16,521 nt of DNA from a virus. The notes below the pieces were generated by a model. The model was not told the origin of the DNA and did no database searches. It was given only the letters and a program-made list of their open reading frames with translations. The number at the start of each line of letters is the position of its first letter. Within the stretch, counting starts at the first letter, position 1. Below, piece after piece: positions 5,248 to 13,456 of the stretch. The translations under genes and the position numbers were made by a program. The stretch covers positions 1-16,521 of the IMG/VR virus record IMGVR_UViG_3300045988_067525. One strand, given 5' to 3'.

Positions 5248-6686
5248 TGGCACGTCGTTTTTACGGTAAGGTTCGCAACGCAGATAACGTTAATATTCTT
5301 AACGCTATTCGCAATGACGCGTCGCTTGATTATCACAAGCGGATTCCTGCTGCGACTAAGGGTAATGTGGCTGACGTTGCTGATGCGATTTTCAGTTTTC
5401 GTCCACACAAGAATGAGTTCATTGAGTCTCTCATTAACCGCATCGGGCTCGTATATGCTCGCAATTCGATCTGGTATAATCCCCTGAGTGAACTCAAGCG
5501 TGGTGCCCTTGAGTTCGGCGATACTATCGAGGAGATTCAGGTCGGTATCGTCAAGGCTAATCACTACAGCCATGACCGTGATTACCTTGAGCGTGACATC
5601 TTTGCTCGCGCTGACCTTGATATCGCTACCGCTTTCCACACCGTTGACCGTGAGGACTTTTACAAGATCACGATTGATGACAACACGCTCAAGCGTGCTT
5701 TCCTCGATCCCTCCGGGCTTGACCAGTTGACGCAGCAGATCATGTCCTCCCCTACCACTGCGGACAACTGGGATGAGTACCTCATGATGAGTGCTCTATT
5801 CCGGGTTATGGATAACAAGTATCCGATGTTCAACGTCAATGTTCCTGACGTTGCCAAGATGGATTCCACGGAGCCTCAGGCGCGTTCTCTGCTGCGTAAG
5901 ATTCGGGCCACGGCCGGGAACATGCAGTTCCTCAGCACGCGCTTCAACGGTGCTAAGATGCCCATTGCGGCTAAGCCTGAGGAGCTCATCCTGTTCGCTA
6001 CTCCTGAGGTCAAGTCGGGGCTTGATGTTAACGCGCTGGCTGTCCTGTTCAACGTTTCCTATGCTGACGTTCCGTCTCGTATTATCGAGATTCGTCAGGA
6101 GGATATTGCGATGAACGGTGTTCAGGCTTTCCTGACCACCAAGGATTTCTTCGTTATCGCGGATACGTCCCTTGAGACTACGAGCGAGTTCAATCCGATT
6201 TCTCGGCAGACTAACTTCTTCCTCCATCACTGGGAGATTATCTCCGCTTCCCCGTTCGCACCTATTGTCAAGTTCTCTACTGCTCCCGATACTGCTCGAG
6301 ACTCGATTGAGATTGCGTCCGCTGTTGCTATTGACCGGGTCCAGTTCGTGATTGACTCTAACGAGCAGGACGTGCGTAACATAGATAAATCCAATGCCCG
6401 AATGGTCAAGGGTGGAAGTGGTCAGTTGGAGGCTGTTCTGACGGGGCTCAAGGCCGGCCAGGAGGACATTGAGTTCACCGAGCAGTGGTCTATCGAGGGT
6501 AGCAAGGACACCGGTACTCGTATCGACAATGACGGACTTATCTACATGAGTCCGAACGAGACCAGTCAACTGGTCATTGCACGCGTCAAGGTGTCTTGGA
6601 TTGACCCTGCTACCGGGAAGTACGTCACCAAGACTCAGCAGTTAAGCATCGTCCCCAAGGATAATGTGGCTGGCCTGAACGGCTGA
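5247..6686 (+). CDS. Major capsid protein (phi29 gp8 homolog) with C-terminal Ig-like (BIG2-type) domain, 479 aa
   Basis: Matches to recalled phi29 gp8:
- LNAIRND against VNAIRNS
- NVADVADAI against NVAEVGAGI
- NEFIESLINRIGLVY against NDFITSLVDRIGLVV
- YNPLSELKRG..GDTIEEI against NNPLKKFKKG..GRTIEEI
- C-terminus WSIEGSKDTGTRIDNDGLIYMSPNETSQLVI against [30 protein letters not shown]. Confidence 0.92.
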   Translation: MARRFYGKVRNADNVNILNAIRNDASLDYHKRIPAATKGNVADVADAIFSFRPHKNEFIESLINRIGLVYARNSIWYNPLSELKRGALEFGDTIEEIQVGIVKANHYSHDRDYLERDIFARADLDIATAFHTVDREDFYKITIDDNTLKRAFLDPSGLDQLTQQIMSSPTTADNWDEYLMMSALFRVMDNKYPMFNVNVPDVAKMDSTEPQARSLLRKIRATAGNMQFLSTRFNGAKMPIAAKPEELILFATPEVKSGLDVNALAVLFNVSYADVPSRIIEIRQEDIAMNGVQAFLTTKDFFVIADTSLETTSEFNPISRQTNFFLHHWEIISASPFAPIVKFSTAPDTARDSIEIASAVAIDRVQFVIDSNEQDVRNIDKSNARMVKGGSGQLEAVLTGLKAGQEDIEFTEQWSIEGSKDTGTRIDNDGLIYMSPNETSQLVIARVKVSWIDPATGKYVTKTQQLSIVPKDNVAGLNG

Positions 6687-6701
6687 CGCTCTCCTATACT
6701 G

Positions 6702-6739
6702 ATGGGCACCGTCCTCCTGGGCGGTGCCCATTTCAGTTT
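6702..6739 (+). terminator. Hairpin / attenuating terminator after the capsid gene
   Basis: A 13-bp stem pairs 6702-6714 with 6719-6731 and includes one G-U pair. The loop is tcct. It is followed by tttcagttt. The next SD, GGAGGAG, lies at 6740-6746. Confidence 0.6.
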
Positions 6740-6748
6740 GGAGGAGAT

Positions 6749-9043
6749 ATGCCGACCGTTAATTCACTTCCCAATGGCGCCTCATTCGGTACTCAGTTCG
6801 ATTATTCAGTGTGGGGGCCCGGCACTGAGGTTACTTTGTGTAACGTTCCGTGGGACTCGATGTACAGGGACGTGTATTGGTTTGACGATACAGCGGAGGC
6901 AATTAAGTACATTCAGGACTATAACCGAAACCGTAATATCCCTACCATTTCGATCAATCACCTCACTTACTGTGCGCAGAATGCGCCGGTGAGAGTTAAT
7001 ATCCCGTTCAGTGAGGCCAATACTTTCAACTACCTCATTGTCCAGAATGACGCGTTTCCGATTTCTCAGGAGAATCGGGCTACAACGTTTTTCTACTTCA
7101 TTCACACAGTGGACTATGTCGCCCCTGAGACCACTCAGTTAACCATTTCTCTTGACGTATGGCAGACGTACCACAATCGAGTCAAGTTCCGGTCAGCATA
7201 TATCGAGCGGTCACACTGCCTTGAGCAGAGCGCCAAGAAACTGAGGGAGCACTGGAATTTCGATTACTTTAAGACGCACGCCCGTTTCTGGCTCAAACAG
7301 CCTGAGAGTTTCTCGCTTGGTGAGCGACAGACTATTTATCGGAGTTGGTTCGGTAATCTTGTGACCGGAAAAGTCAACGACTTTAACCGGCAATTCGACT
7401 ATGTAGCGATCATTATTTCTACCACTAACCTTAACGCCGATTTCGGGACTACCGGCAACCCTTCGATGTACGCTGCTACTGGGGCTAATGTGATTAGCAC
7501 TGTCCCCCATTTGGATGCGTCGTCGCTTAGCCAATCGATTTCTCTCATCTCTGGTGCGTCGTATTACATGTGCTCATTGACCGATCTTCCTAAGATTATG
7601 AAGGAACTGAGTGACGCTCCGTGGGTATCGCAGGGGATTCAAGATATCTACTACGTCCCCGCCAACGTTGTTAGTGGAGAGACTATTACCGGTAAATTGG
7701 GTAACTACGGATTGAAGCGTATAACACACAGTTCTAACTTTCAGAATGTTGAAGTCGCATACGACTTTCACCCGACAAAGTTGCCCGATTTCCTTAAGGT
7801 TAACAACAATAACATTGGGAGCAAGAATCTTAAAAGGCTCAAGCGGTTCTTTAAGTTTTACACATCTCCATACATGCACATTGAGTTGTCGTTCAATAAC
7901 GGGCAAACTCTCACGGTTTCACCCGAGTATCTCAACTGGGCCAAAACTCTCGAACTAAGGGTTGAATTTCAGTTACTTCCACCATCCCCGCGTATTGTCG
8001 CCTATGTAGACGGGTATAACAGCGACAAGAACGATACAGCGTGGAAGACTGATACTGAGTACGTGAATGAGGCGATGGTTATTGACAACTTCCCGCATGT
8101 TCCAGTTGTTAACGACCAGAGCATGATCTGGTATGCGTCTCACGCTCACTCAATTGCGCAGAATCGTAATGCTGCTACGTGGGGACTCGATAAGTCGACG
8201 CGTGCCGCCGATACGTCCTTTGACGCGACCATGCGTGGCATTCGTACTGGTAACGCGATCATGCAGAACAATCTTGGTGCGCAGAATCTGAACACTGCTT
8301 TGGCTAACACTGCGCAGATGGCCCACCAGCAAGTTAACAGTGCTAATCGTGCTATTAGCGGTATTGGTGGCGCCGCATCTACGGCACTGAGTAATCCGCT
8401 TGGCGCTATTGGTCAGTTGGGTGGGTATGTTCAGGGTCAGATTACGTCCGACATTTCCACTGCTATTGACATTAATGCACGAAACCAGGGCAACGTTATC
8501 TCTCAGAACTTGACGCGCGCTAACCAGAGTGAGCAGAACATGCTTACCGGTACTAATGCGGCGGCTAACCGTGACCTTGCTAAATGGGCGTCTCAGGGCG
8601 ACTATCAGCAGCAGATTGCGGCCATTAATGCTAGTGTGCGGGATGCTCAGATTACTCCCCCGTCGGTGTCTAGTGCTAATGGTGGTGACCCGTTCAGTTG
8701 GATTATGAATGGTGCGCTCGTTTTCGCTAAGTTGAAGATGGTGTCGGTTGACGTTATTCGTAGACAGGGACAGTTCTGGGAGCGTTACGGGTATGCGTGC
8801 GATTTCTTCCTTTCCCAGTTGCCGCCACGGCTACAGACGATGAACAGGTTTAGTTACTGGAAGTGTCATGATGTTCGCATTGTTTCTTCATCATGCCCTC
8901 AGATGTACATTGACACCCTTCGCGGTATCCTTGAGAAAGGTGTGACAGTATGGCATTCTCCTATGTCTGACAGTGAATTCTATGGTGACGTGTCGCTAGA
9001 CAATGAGGCTATTATCTGGGACAAGGAAGGAAATTTGAAGTGA
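6749..9043 (+). CDS. Tail knob / distal tail tube protein (phi29 gp9 homolog), 764 aa
   Basis: The N-terminal region matches recalled gp9. YLIVQNDAF...FFYFIHTVDYVAPETTQLTISLDVWQTYHNRVKFRSAYIERSH aligns with [65 protein letters not shown] lies upstream. Confidence 0.8.
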   Translation: MPTVNSLPNGASFGTQFDYSVWGPGTEVTLCNVPWDSMYRDVYWFDDTAEAIKYIQDYNRNRNIPTISINHLTYCAQNAPVRVNIPFSEANTFNYLIVQNDAFPISQENRATTFFYFIHTVDYVAPETTQLTISLDVWQTYHNRVKFRSAYIERSHCLEQSAKKLREHWNFDYFKTHARFWLKQPESFSLGERQTIYRSWFGNLVTGKVNDFNRQFDYVAIIISTTNLNADFGTTGNPSMYAATGANVISTVPHLDASSLSQSISLISGASYYMCSLTDLPKIMKELSDAPWVSQGIQDIYYVPANVVSGETITGKLGNYGLKRITHSSNFQNVEVAYDFHPTKLPDFLKVNNNNIGSKNLKRLKRFFKFYTSPYMHIELSFNNGQTLTVSPEYLNWAKTLELRVEFQLLPPSPRIVAYVDGYNSDKNDTAWKTDTEYVNEAMVIDNFPHVPVVNDQSMIWYASHAHSIAQNRNAATWGLDKSTRAADTSFDATMRGIRTGNAIMQNNLGAQNLNTALANTAQMAHQQVNSANRAISGIGGAASTALSNPLGAIGQLGGYVQGQITSDISTAIDINARNQGNVISQNLTRANQSEQNMLTGTNAAANRDLAKWASQGDYQQQIAAINASVRDAQITPPSVSSANGGDPFSWIMNGALVFAKLKMVSVDVIRRQGQFWERYGYACDFFLSQLPPRLQTMNRFSYWKCHDVRIVSSSCPQMYIDTLRGILEKGVTVWHSPMSDSEFYGDVSLDNEAIIWDKEGNLK

Positions 9044-10020
9044 GTAAACCAGACTTTGTTGGAGAGGCAATCTACGCGCCATTCCTAAGGGAAATGGCTG
9101 TAGATCCTGGGAAGATGCGTAAGGAAACGCTTACGCTAATGTACGCACGCGTACTCTCCGAAATGTGTATGAACCGGTACCACTGGACTGGTCTTCCTGA
9201 GGAGATTGATCCTCGGTTTCTTGAGATGACTCTGTTCTCTCAGGGATTGTCAGTGTTTTTCTGGGATGAGGAGTTCGGTCGGTATTTTGCGTTGCGTGGC
9301 GCCGGTTTCGGTACCCCGAATATGTATAACAACCCGACTGAGTTCATTGTTTATGGGAACACAATGGTCAACAAGACAATGAAGGGCGATCTCTGTGTCC
9401 CTATCTGGAACAACTATCTGCGCACCGGAGATACCGACATTATCGGCGTGTACGCGCGTCGTCTGTCAGAGATTGACACCACCACTGAGATTGACCTCAT
9501 TCACATGAGGGTCCCGATCCTCCTGACGGCTGACACGAACGAACGTAAGTCGGTTATGGATGCGTATAAGCAACTGGCCGAGGGTAATCCTATGATTGCT
9601 GAGGTATCCTCCGCTACCGGAATAGGGACTTTGCAGGACAAGATTAGTTCTATCTCCACGGGGATCAACAAGGACTATCTACCTAACGTGATGGAAGCAA
9701 AGGTTAGGACCTGGAACGAGGCACTCACTCTCCTGGGAATTATGAACGTCAACAGTTCCAAGAAGGAGCGGATGGTTGTTGAGGAAGCCAGCGGGTCCTC
9801 CGGTCAGGTGCTTGCCATGCGTGCTGTGAATCTGCAAGCGCGCAAGTATGCGTGCGAGTGGATTAACGCTAAGTACGGGCTGAATGTTGACGTTACGTGG
9901 AACCTCGATGACTCAGCCGGCAGTACGGACATGCAGGAACTCAATCCAATGTCCGAGATGAACCCGTTTGCTGACCAGGAATCCGTTAACAGCACCGATC
10001 TGGGAGGGCCCAATGAGTAA
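9040..10020 (+). CDS. Portal / head-tail connector (upper collar, phi29 gp10 homolog), 326 aa
   Basis: The GTG start at 9040 forms a GTGA junction with the upstream stop. SD AAGGAAGG lies at 9023-9030. Matches to recalled gp10:
- YHWTGLPEEIDPRFLEMTLFSQG against [23 protein letters not shown]
- WNEALTLLGIMNVNSSKKERMVVEEA against [26 protein letters not shown]
- CEWINAKYGLNVDV against CEKINELYGLNVKV. Confidence 0.92.
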   Translation: MSKPDFVGEAIYAPFLREMAVDPGKMRKETLTLMYARVLSEMCMNRYHWTGLPEEIDPRFLEMTLFSQGLSVFFWDEEFGRYFALRGAGFGTPNMYNNPTEFIVYGNTMVNKTMKGDLCVPIWNNYLRTGDTDIIGVYARRLSEIDTTTEIDLIHMRVPILLTADTNERKSVMDAYKQLAEGNPMIAEVSSATGIGTLQDKISSISTGINKDYLPNVMEAKVRTWNEALTLLGIMNVNSSKKERMVVEEASGSSGQVLAMRAVNLQARKYACEWINAKYGLNVDVTWNLDDSAGSTDMQELNPMSEMNPFADQESVNSTDLGGPNE

Positions 10021-10690
10021 CTACACGACAGAACTGAGGAAGATCGACGAACGTCTGATAGACGACGCCCTGTCCCATTACCCTATTTTCTCGGAGGATT
10101 ACCGTTCGACTCTAAACTCTAAGATCAAAACACATTTCTGGTTTAACGAGATCGGGCACGAGACCATTGATATCTTCCTTTTCCAGTTAAAGGTTAAGAT
10201 GAATGAGATCATGCCCTACTACAACCAGATGTACGAGTCCGAACTCACCAAGCGAGACCCGTTCCTGACCGTCCGCATGACCTCCACGAACATGAGTACC
10301 GGCTCAACGCGCACCACTGGCGAAACCAGCGAGCAGGGCAGCTCCACGTCATCCACCGACGCTAAGTCCCGGGCAGTCCAGTCCGAGACGCCTCAGGTCA
10401 TGCTCTCCGGAAACGGGGACTATGCGACGGGCGCGGCCGACTCCACGTCCCTGACGGGCGTCAAGTCGTCTAGCGCCGGCAGCGGGTCTCAGACAGCCAC
10501 GTCATCTAGCGACGGTAGTGGTAGTGCTAGCCAGGAAGGTTTTTCGGGGTCTATGGCGTCGCTTATTCAGGCGCACCGCGACGCTATTGTTAATGTTGAT
10601 ATGATGGTGATTGCTCAACTTGAGCCACTTTTTATGCTTGTTTGGACGCCGCCTACTGACATGATTGGAGCAGATTGGTATGGATACTAA
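10013..10690 (+). CDS. Lower collar protein (phi29 gp11-like), 225 aa
   Basis: The track ORF 9968 is trimmed to ATG 10013 (MSNYTTEL...), with SD GGGAGGG at 10001-10007 and an ATGAGTAA junction with the portal stop. It follows the portal as gp11 does. The N-terminal motif YPIFSEDYRSTLNSKI..HF.FNEIGHET......L..KMNEIMPYYNQMYESE matches my recollection of gp11-family proteins. Confidence 0.75.
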   Translation: MSNYTTELRKIDERLIDDALSHYPIFSEDYRSTLNSKIKTHFWFNEIGHETIDIFLFQLKVKMNEIMPYYNQMYESELTKRDPFLTVRMTSTNMSTGSTRTTGETSEQGSSTSSTDAKSRAVQSETPQVMLSGNGDYATGAADSTSLTGVKSSSAGSGSQTATSSSDGSGSASQEGFSGSMASLIQAHRDAIVNVDMMVIAQLEPLFMLVWTPPTDMIGADWYGY

Positions 10691-12140
10691 CGACCCGCGG
10701 GTGAGCGCTATTGACGCCGCTCTGTACCGCTTGAACCCGCCTACCACGCCGTATTCCACGCCGTTCACCTATAACAACGGTCTGACCGTTCTCGAGATTC
10801 TTGAGCGTATTCGTAAGGCCGTGATTGACACCATCACCTATGCTGAGGGTTTCGGCAAGGAAGTTGAGGGGATGGTCAAAGAGATTAACCGTATTGCCGA
10901 GCAATGGGCTAAGGACTCAAAGAAAAAACTAGACGACTTTGAGTCGTTCCTCAACGATTCGCGCAAGAGCACCGATGAGAAGATCAAGGCGATGAACGAA
11001 CTTATCGAGTCGTTCAAGGCGCGCCTTGTAGACGCTCGCTTCGATCGTATCGAGGACGGCGATTTCGTTGACGCTCCGATGAAGGATTCCTCCCGAATTC
11101 AGGTTGCCACCAAGCAACGAATCGGGAAGATTGACGCGGCTATCGAGAAGGTCAAGTCTGACATTCAGAATATCCTCAATAACTACTACACCAAAGCGCA
11201 AGCAAACGACCTGTTTCTTGAGGACCCTAAACTCACTGAGGGTGTCGTCTTCGGTTCCTCCAATGCCACTATTGAGGCGTTTCGATGGACCGAAGAACTG
11301 TGTAGGGATATGGGGGTCACCCCCAATGTGTACGCCATTGGAGGTGGTGGTTTCACAAGCACGCCTGATAACAACTTCATTACTCAGGTGAATAACGCTC
11401 GCTCCCGAATGAGTGAGGAGAAAAGGCGTGCCACCAAGTACGTCTTCCTCATTGACATGCTGAACGATATCCGAGCACAGAACTCCGTCACCGACCAGGC
11501 GGGCACGTTCTTCTCACTAGTTCGTCAGCACTTCCCCAATGCGACCATCTACGTTCTGCCCGTCACGTATAATGAGGCGTCTCTGAATGAGTATGTTCAG
11601 ATGGCTCGTAGTTGTGTTTCGCGCACCTATGAGGTTATTGCAGCGGGTAAGCCGTTCGGCGCTATTGTGTGCGAGGGGTCGAGGTCTTGGTTGCACTTCG
11701 GTAAGGAACAGGCCAAGTCGTGGGATCAGGGTGTGGATAATGTTCACATGACGGCAGCGGGCTACAGGCACGTCAAGCATTTGTTTATCAACTGGATCAA
11801 CGGTGGCCCGTCGTTCCTCAACCCTCCGTCGTTTGACCTGCATACGCTTTCGGCCAGCGCAATTCAGCGTGACTACAACTATCTGAACTGTGAGCGTCAC
11901 GATGATTTCGTGAATATTCAGGGAACGTTCAAGATCGGCGGGTCTAACGCTGGATATGACGTGAAACTGATGGATCTACCCGGTTGGGCGCGCCCGTATG
12001 ACGGTGTCATGTCCCCGATTATCGGCAATGACCGTACTTACAAGTACATCTATGTTGCTAAGACCGGTGGGATGCACGCGGGCGATATCCTGTCCGCTAA
12101 CCAGACCTATCAGGTGAACATGACCTACCGCATCTTCTAG
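10680..12140 (+). CDS. Tail appendage / receptor-binding protein with C-terminal SGNH (GDSL-like) esterase domain, 486 aa
   Basis: I prefer ATG 10680 over track TTG 10665 because SD GGAG lies at 10667-10670. The N-terminal half looks like a coiled coil. SGNH blocks:
- I VVFGSSN (11241-11264)
- II AIGGGGF
- III LIDMLNDI
- V DNVHMTAAGY (DxxH at 11735-11746)
The position corresponds to phi29 gp12. Confidence 0.65.
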   Translation: MDTNDPRVSAIDAALYRLNPPTTPYSTPFTYNNGLTVLEILERIRKAVIDTITYAEGFGKEVEGMVKEINRIAEQWAKDSKKKLDDFESFLNDSRKSTDEKIKAMNELIESFKARLVDARFDRIEDGDFVDAPMKDSSRIQVATKQRIGKIDAAIEKVKSDIQNILNNYYTKAQANDLFLEDPKLTEGVVFGSSNATIEAFRWTEELCRDMGVTPNVYAIGGGGFTSTPDNNFITQVNNARSRMSEEKRRATKYVFLIDMLNDIRAQNSVTDQAGTFFSLVRQHFPNATIYVLPVTYNEASLNEYVQMARSCVSRTYEVIAAGKPFGAIVCEGSRSWLHFGKEQAKSWDQGVDNVHMTAAGYRHVKHLFINWINGGPSFLNPPSFDLHTLSASAIQRDYNYLNCERHDDFVNIQGTFKIGGSNAGYDVKLMDLPGWARPYDGVMSPIIGNDRTYKYIYVAKTGGMHAGDILSANQTYQVNMTYRIF

Positions 12141-12149
12141 GAGATTCAA

Positions 12150-13448
12150 GTGGCTTGGGATGAGACTGCAAAGAAGGTAGCCATTAAGGCTATCGGCACT
12201 GTTGAGTCGTCAATGAAATACGACTCAATCAACTACAACGACCCTATTACTGTGGGAATTGCGCAGTGGTACGGTCCGCGAGCGGCAGACATTATCAAGA
12301 AAATGGGCGCCGCTCACGCAAGCGAGTTCGCCGGTGTGGCCTCATCCCTTAAAGCCGACCTGTCCTCCCACGGCAACGACTCGTGGTGGACAAACAGGTG
12401 GCTGTCCCGAGCAGAGGGAGATTCACTTCTCCCTCTGCTCAGGGCAGGCGCCAAGGAGCAGGATGCCCAGTTGGTGGCCGACCTTGAGGGGTATTTCACG
12501 GCGGCCAAGAATCTGGGCATTGACCCGAACACTAACACCGATTCCTTCATCTACTGGTGCGTTGCCTACCACCAAGGACCGCGCTACGCGATTCGTGTCG
12601 CTAATAACGTTGGCGGTAACGCCTCATTGGACGCGTTTCACCACGCCACGCTCAATGACGGCGTGCTCGGGAAGTATCCAAACAGGTACAACCAGGCGTA
12701 CCAGATCATTAAGAGCCGCGACACCTCAGGCGTGTCAACCCCCGGCGCCCCGTCACCGTCCCGTCCCGGAAACGGTGGCAGCGGAGGGGCGACCAACGGC
12801 GGCTCCAACGCCGGTTCGCTCACGCGTGCTTGGACGGACGGGAGTGGACTACTACACCTGACTACCACGTCAGGCGTGGTCACTGGCTACCCGACGGGGA
12901 ACAGCCGTCAGTGGCTGACCGGCTCGAACACCGTAAGCAACGGGGGCAGTCCGGCAACTCCGGGTAATGCCGGGGGAGGTGCTGCTCCTCCTCCGGGTGG
13001 TGGGGGAGGTGATGCTGCGTCTAAGCGTTGGGCTGTTTATAAATGGATGTATGACCGGCAGATGAAGTTTGCCTATATGCAGGCGCCTGGCCGCCTTAAC
13101 CCCGACCAGTCCGGTTTCGGTGACTGTTCCAGCACTATCTACCGTGCCTATATGGATACGGTGGGGATCAACGTTGGTACTTGGACGGGTGACCAGTACA
13201 ACCGCGGCACTGAGGTTGTCAGGGGCTACGGTCACCCTACCCCTGCGCAGATTGCGCAGATGACCACGGCGGATATGATTGTCATGAGTTGGGGCGGTGG
13301 ATATCCGCACACTGACCACGTGGAGATGTATACGGGCGACGGCTCTCACACTATTGGTCACGGTGGGCCTAGGCCCGGTCCGCACATTAACTCAATCTTT
13401 ATGCTTGACGACGCCACTTGGTGGACGGTTAGGCGTCATATCCTGTAG
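12150..13448 (+). CDS. Tail-associated peptidoglycan hydrolase (phi29 gp13 analog): N-terminal phage-tail-lysozyme domain plus C-terminal NlpC/P60 endopeptidase, 432 aa
   Basis: The GTG start at 12150 lies 6 nt after SD TAGGAG.
- The N-terminus GTVESS..YDSINYNDPITVGIAQW resembles the gp13-type lysozyme motif (ES...G.G..QW), with the Glu codon at 12204-12206.
- Gly/Pro-rich linkers follow.
- The C-terminus reads FGDCSSTIY (Cys codon 13125-13127), DHVEMY and GHGG, which is NlpC/P60-like. Confidence 0.8.
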   Translation: MAWDETAKKVAIKAIGTVESSMKYDSINYNDPITVGIAQWYGPRAADIIKKMGAAHASEFAGVASSLKADLSSHGNDSWWTNRWLSRAEGDSLLPLLRAGAKEQDAQLVADLEGYFTAAKNLGIDPNTNTDSFIYWCVAYHQGPRYAIRVANNVGGNASLDAFHHATLNDGVLGKYPNRYNQAYQIIKSRDTSGVSTPGAPSPSRPGNGGSGGATNGGSNAGSLTRAWTDGSGLLHLTTTSGVVTGYPTGNSRQWLTGSNTVSNGGSPATPGNAGGGAAPPPGGGGGDAASKRWAVYKWMYDRQMKFAYMQAPGRLNPDQSGFGDCSSTIYRAYMDTVGINVGTWTGDQYNRGTEVVRGYGHPTPAQIAQMTTADMIVMSWGGGYPHTDHVEMYTGDGSHTIGHGGPRPGPHINSIFMLDDATWWTVRRHIL

Positions 13449-13456
13449 GGGGAGGA

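Noticed and set aside
4800-5253. The - strand ORFs 4800..5096 and 4882..5253, plus 4552..4761(-)
   Set aside because: They are antisense to the scaffold gene and to the RHH ORF, cross the intrinsic terminator, and have no SD. The + strand genes have proper signals.
5796-6569. 257-aa ORF on the - strand inside the capsid gene
   Set aside because: It is an antisense shadow of a confidently homologous gene (gp8-like). The product is R/L/S-rich low-complexity sequence with no SD. The same applies to 5181..5639(-) and the other small ORFs within 5247-6686.
6702-6992. Track ORF 6702..6992(+)
   Set aside because: It begins inside the post-capsid terminator hairpin and runs out of frame through the start of the gp9-like gene, which has a strong SD at ATG 6749.
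991-11458. Internal TTGACA hexamers (991, 1263, 3649, 11453 and others) as candidate internal or late promoters
   Set aside because: None has an acceptable -10 (TAnnnT) at 16-18 bp spacing. Their number is consistent with chance in 16.5 kb.
12259-13385. Long alternative-frame ORFs 12259..12861(+), 12638..12883(-) and 12870..13385(-) within the tail lysin gene
   Set aside because: The locally GC-rich sequence suppresses stop codons in all frames. The products are Pro/Arg/Thr-rich. The annotated frame carries clear lysozyme and NlpC/P60 motifs.
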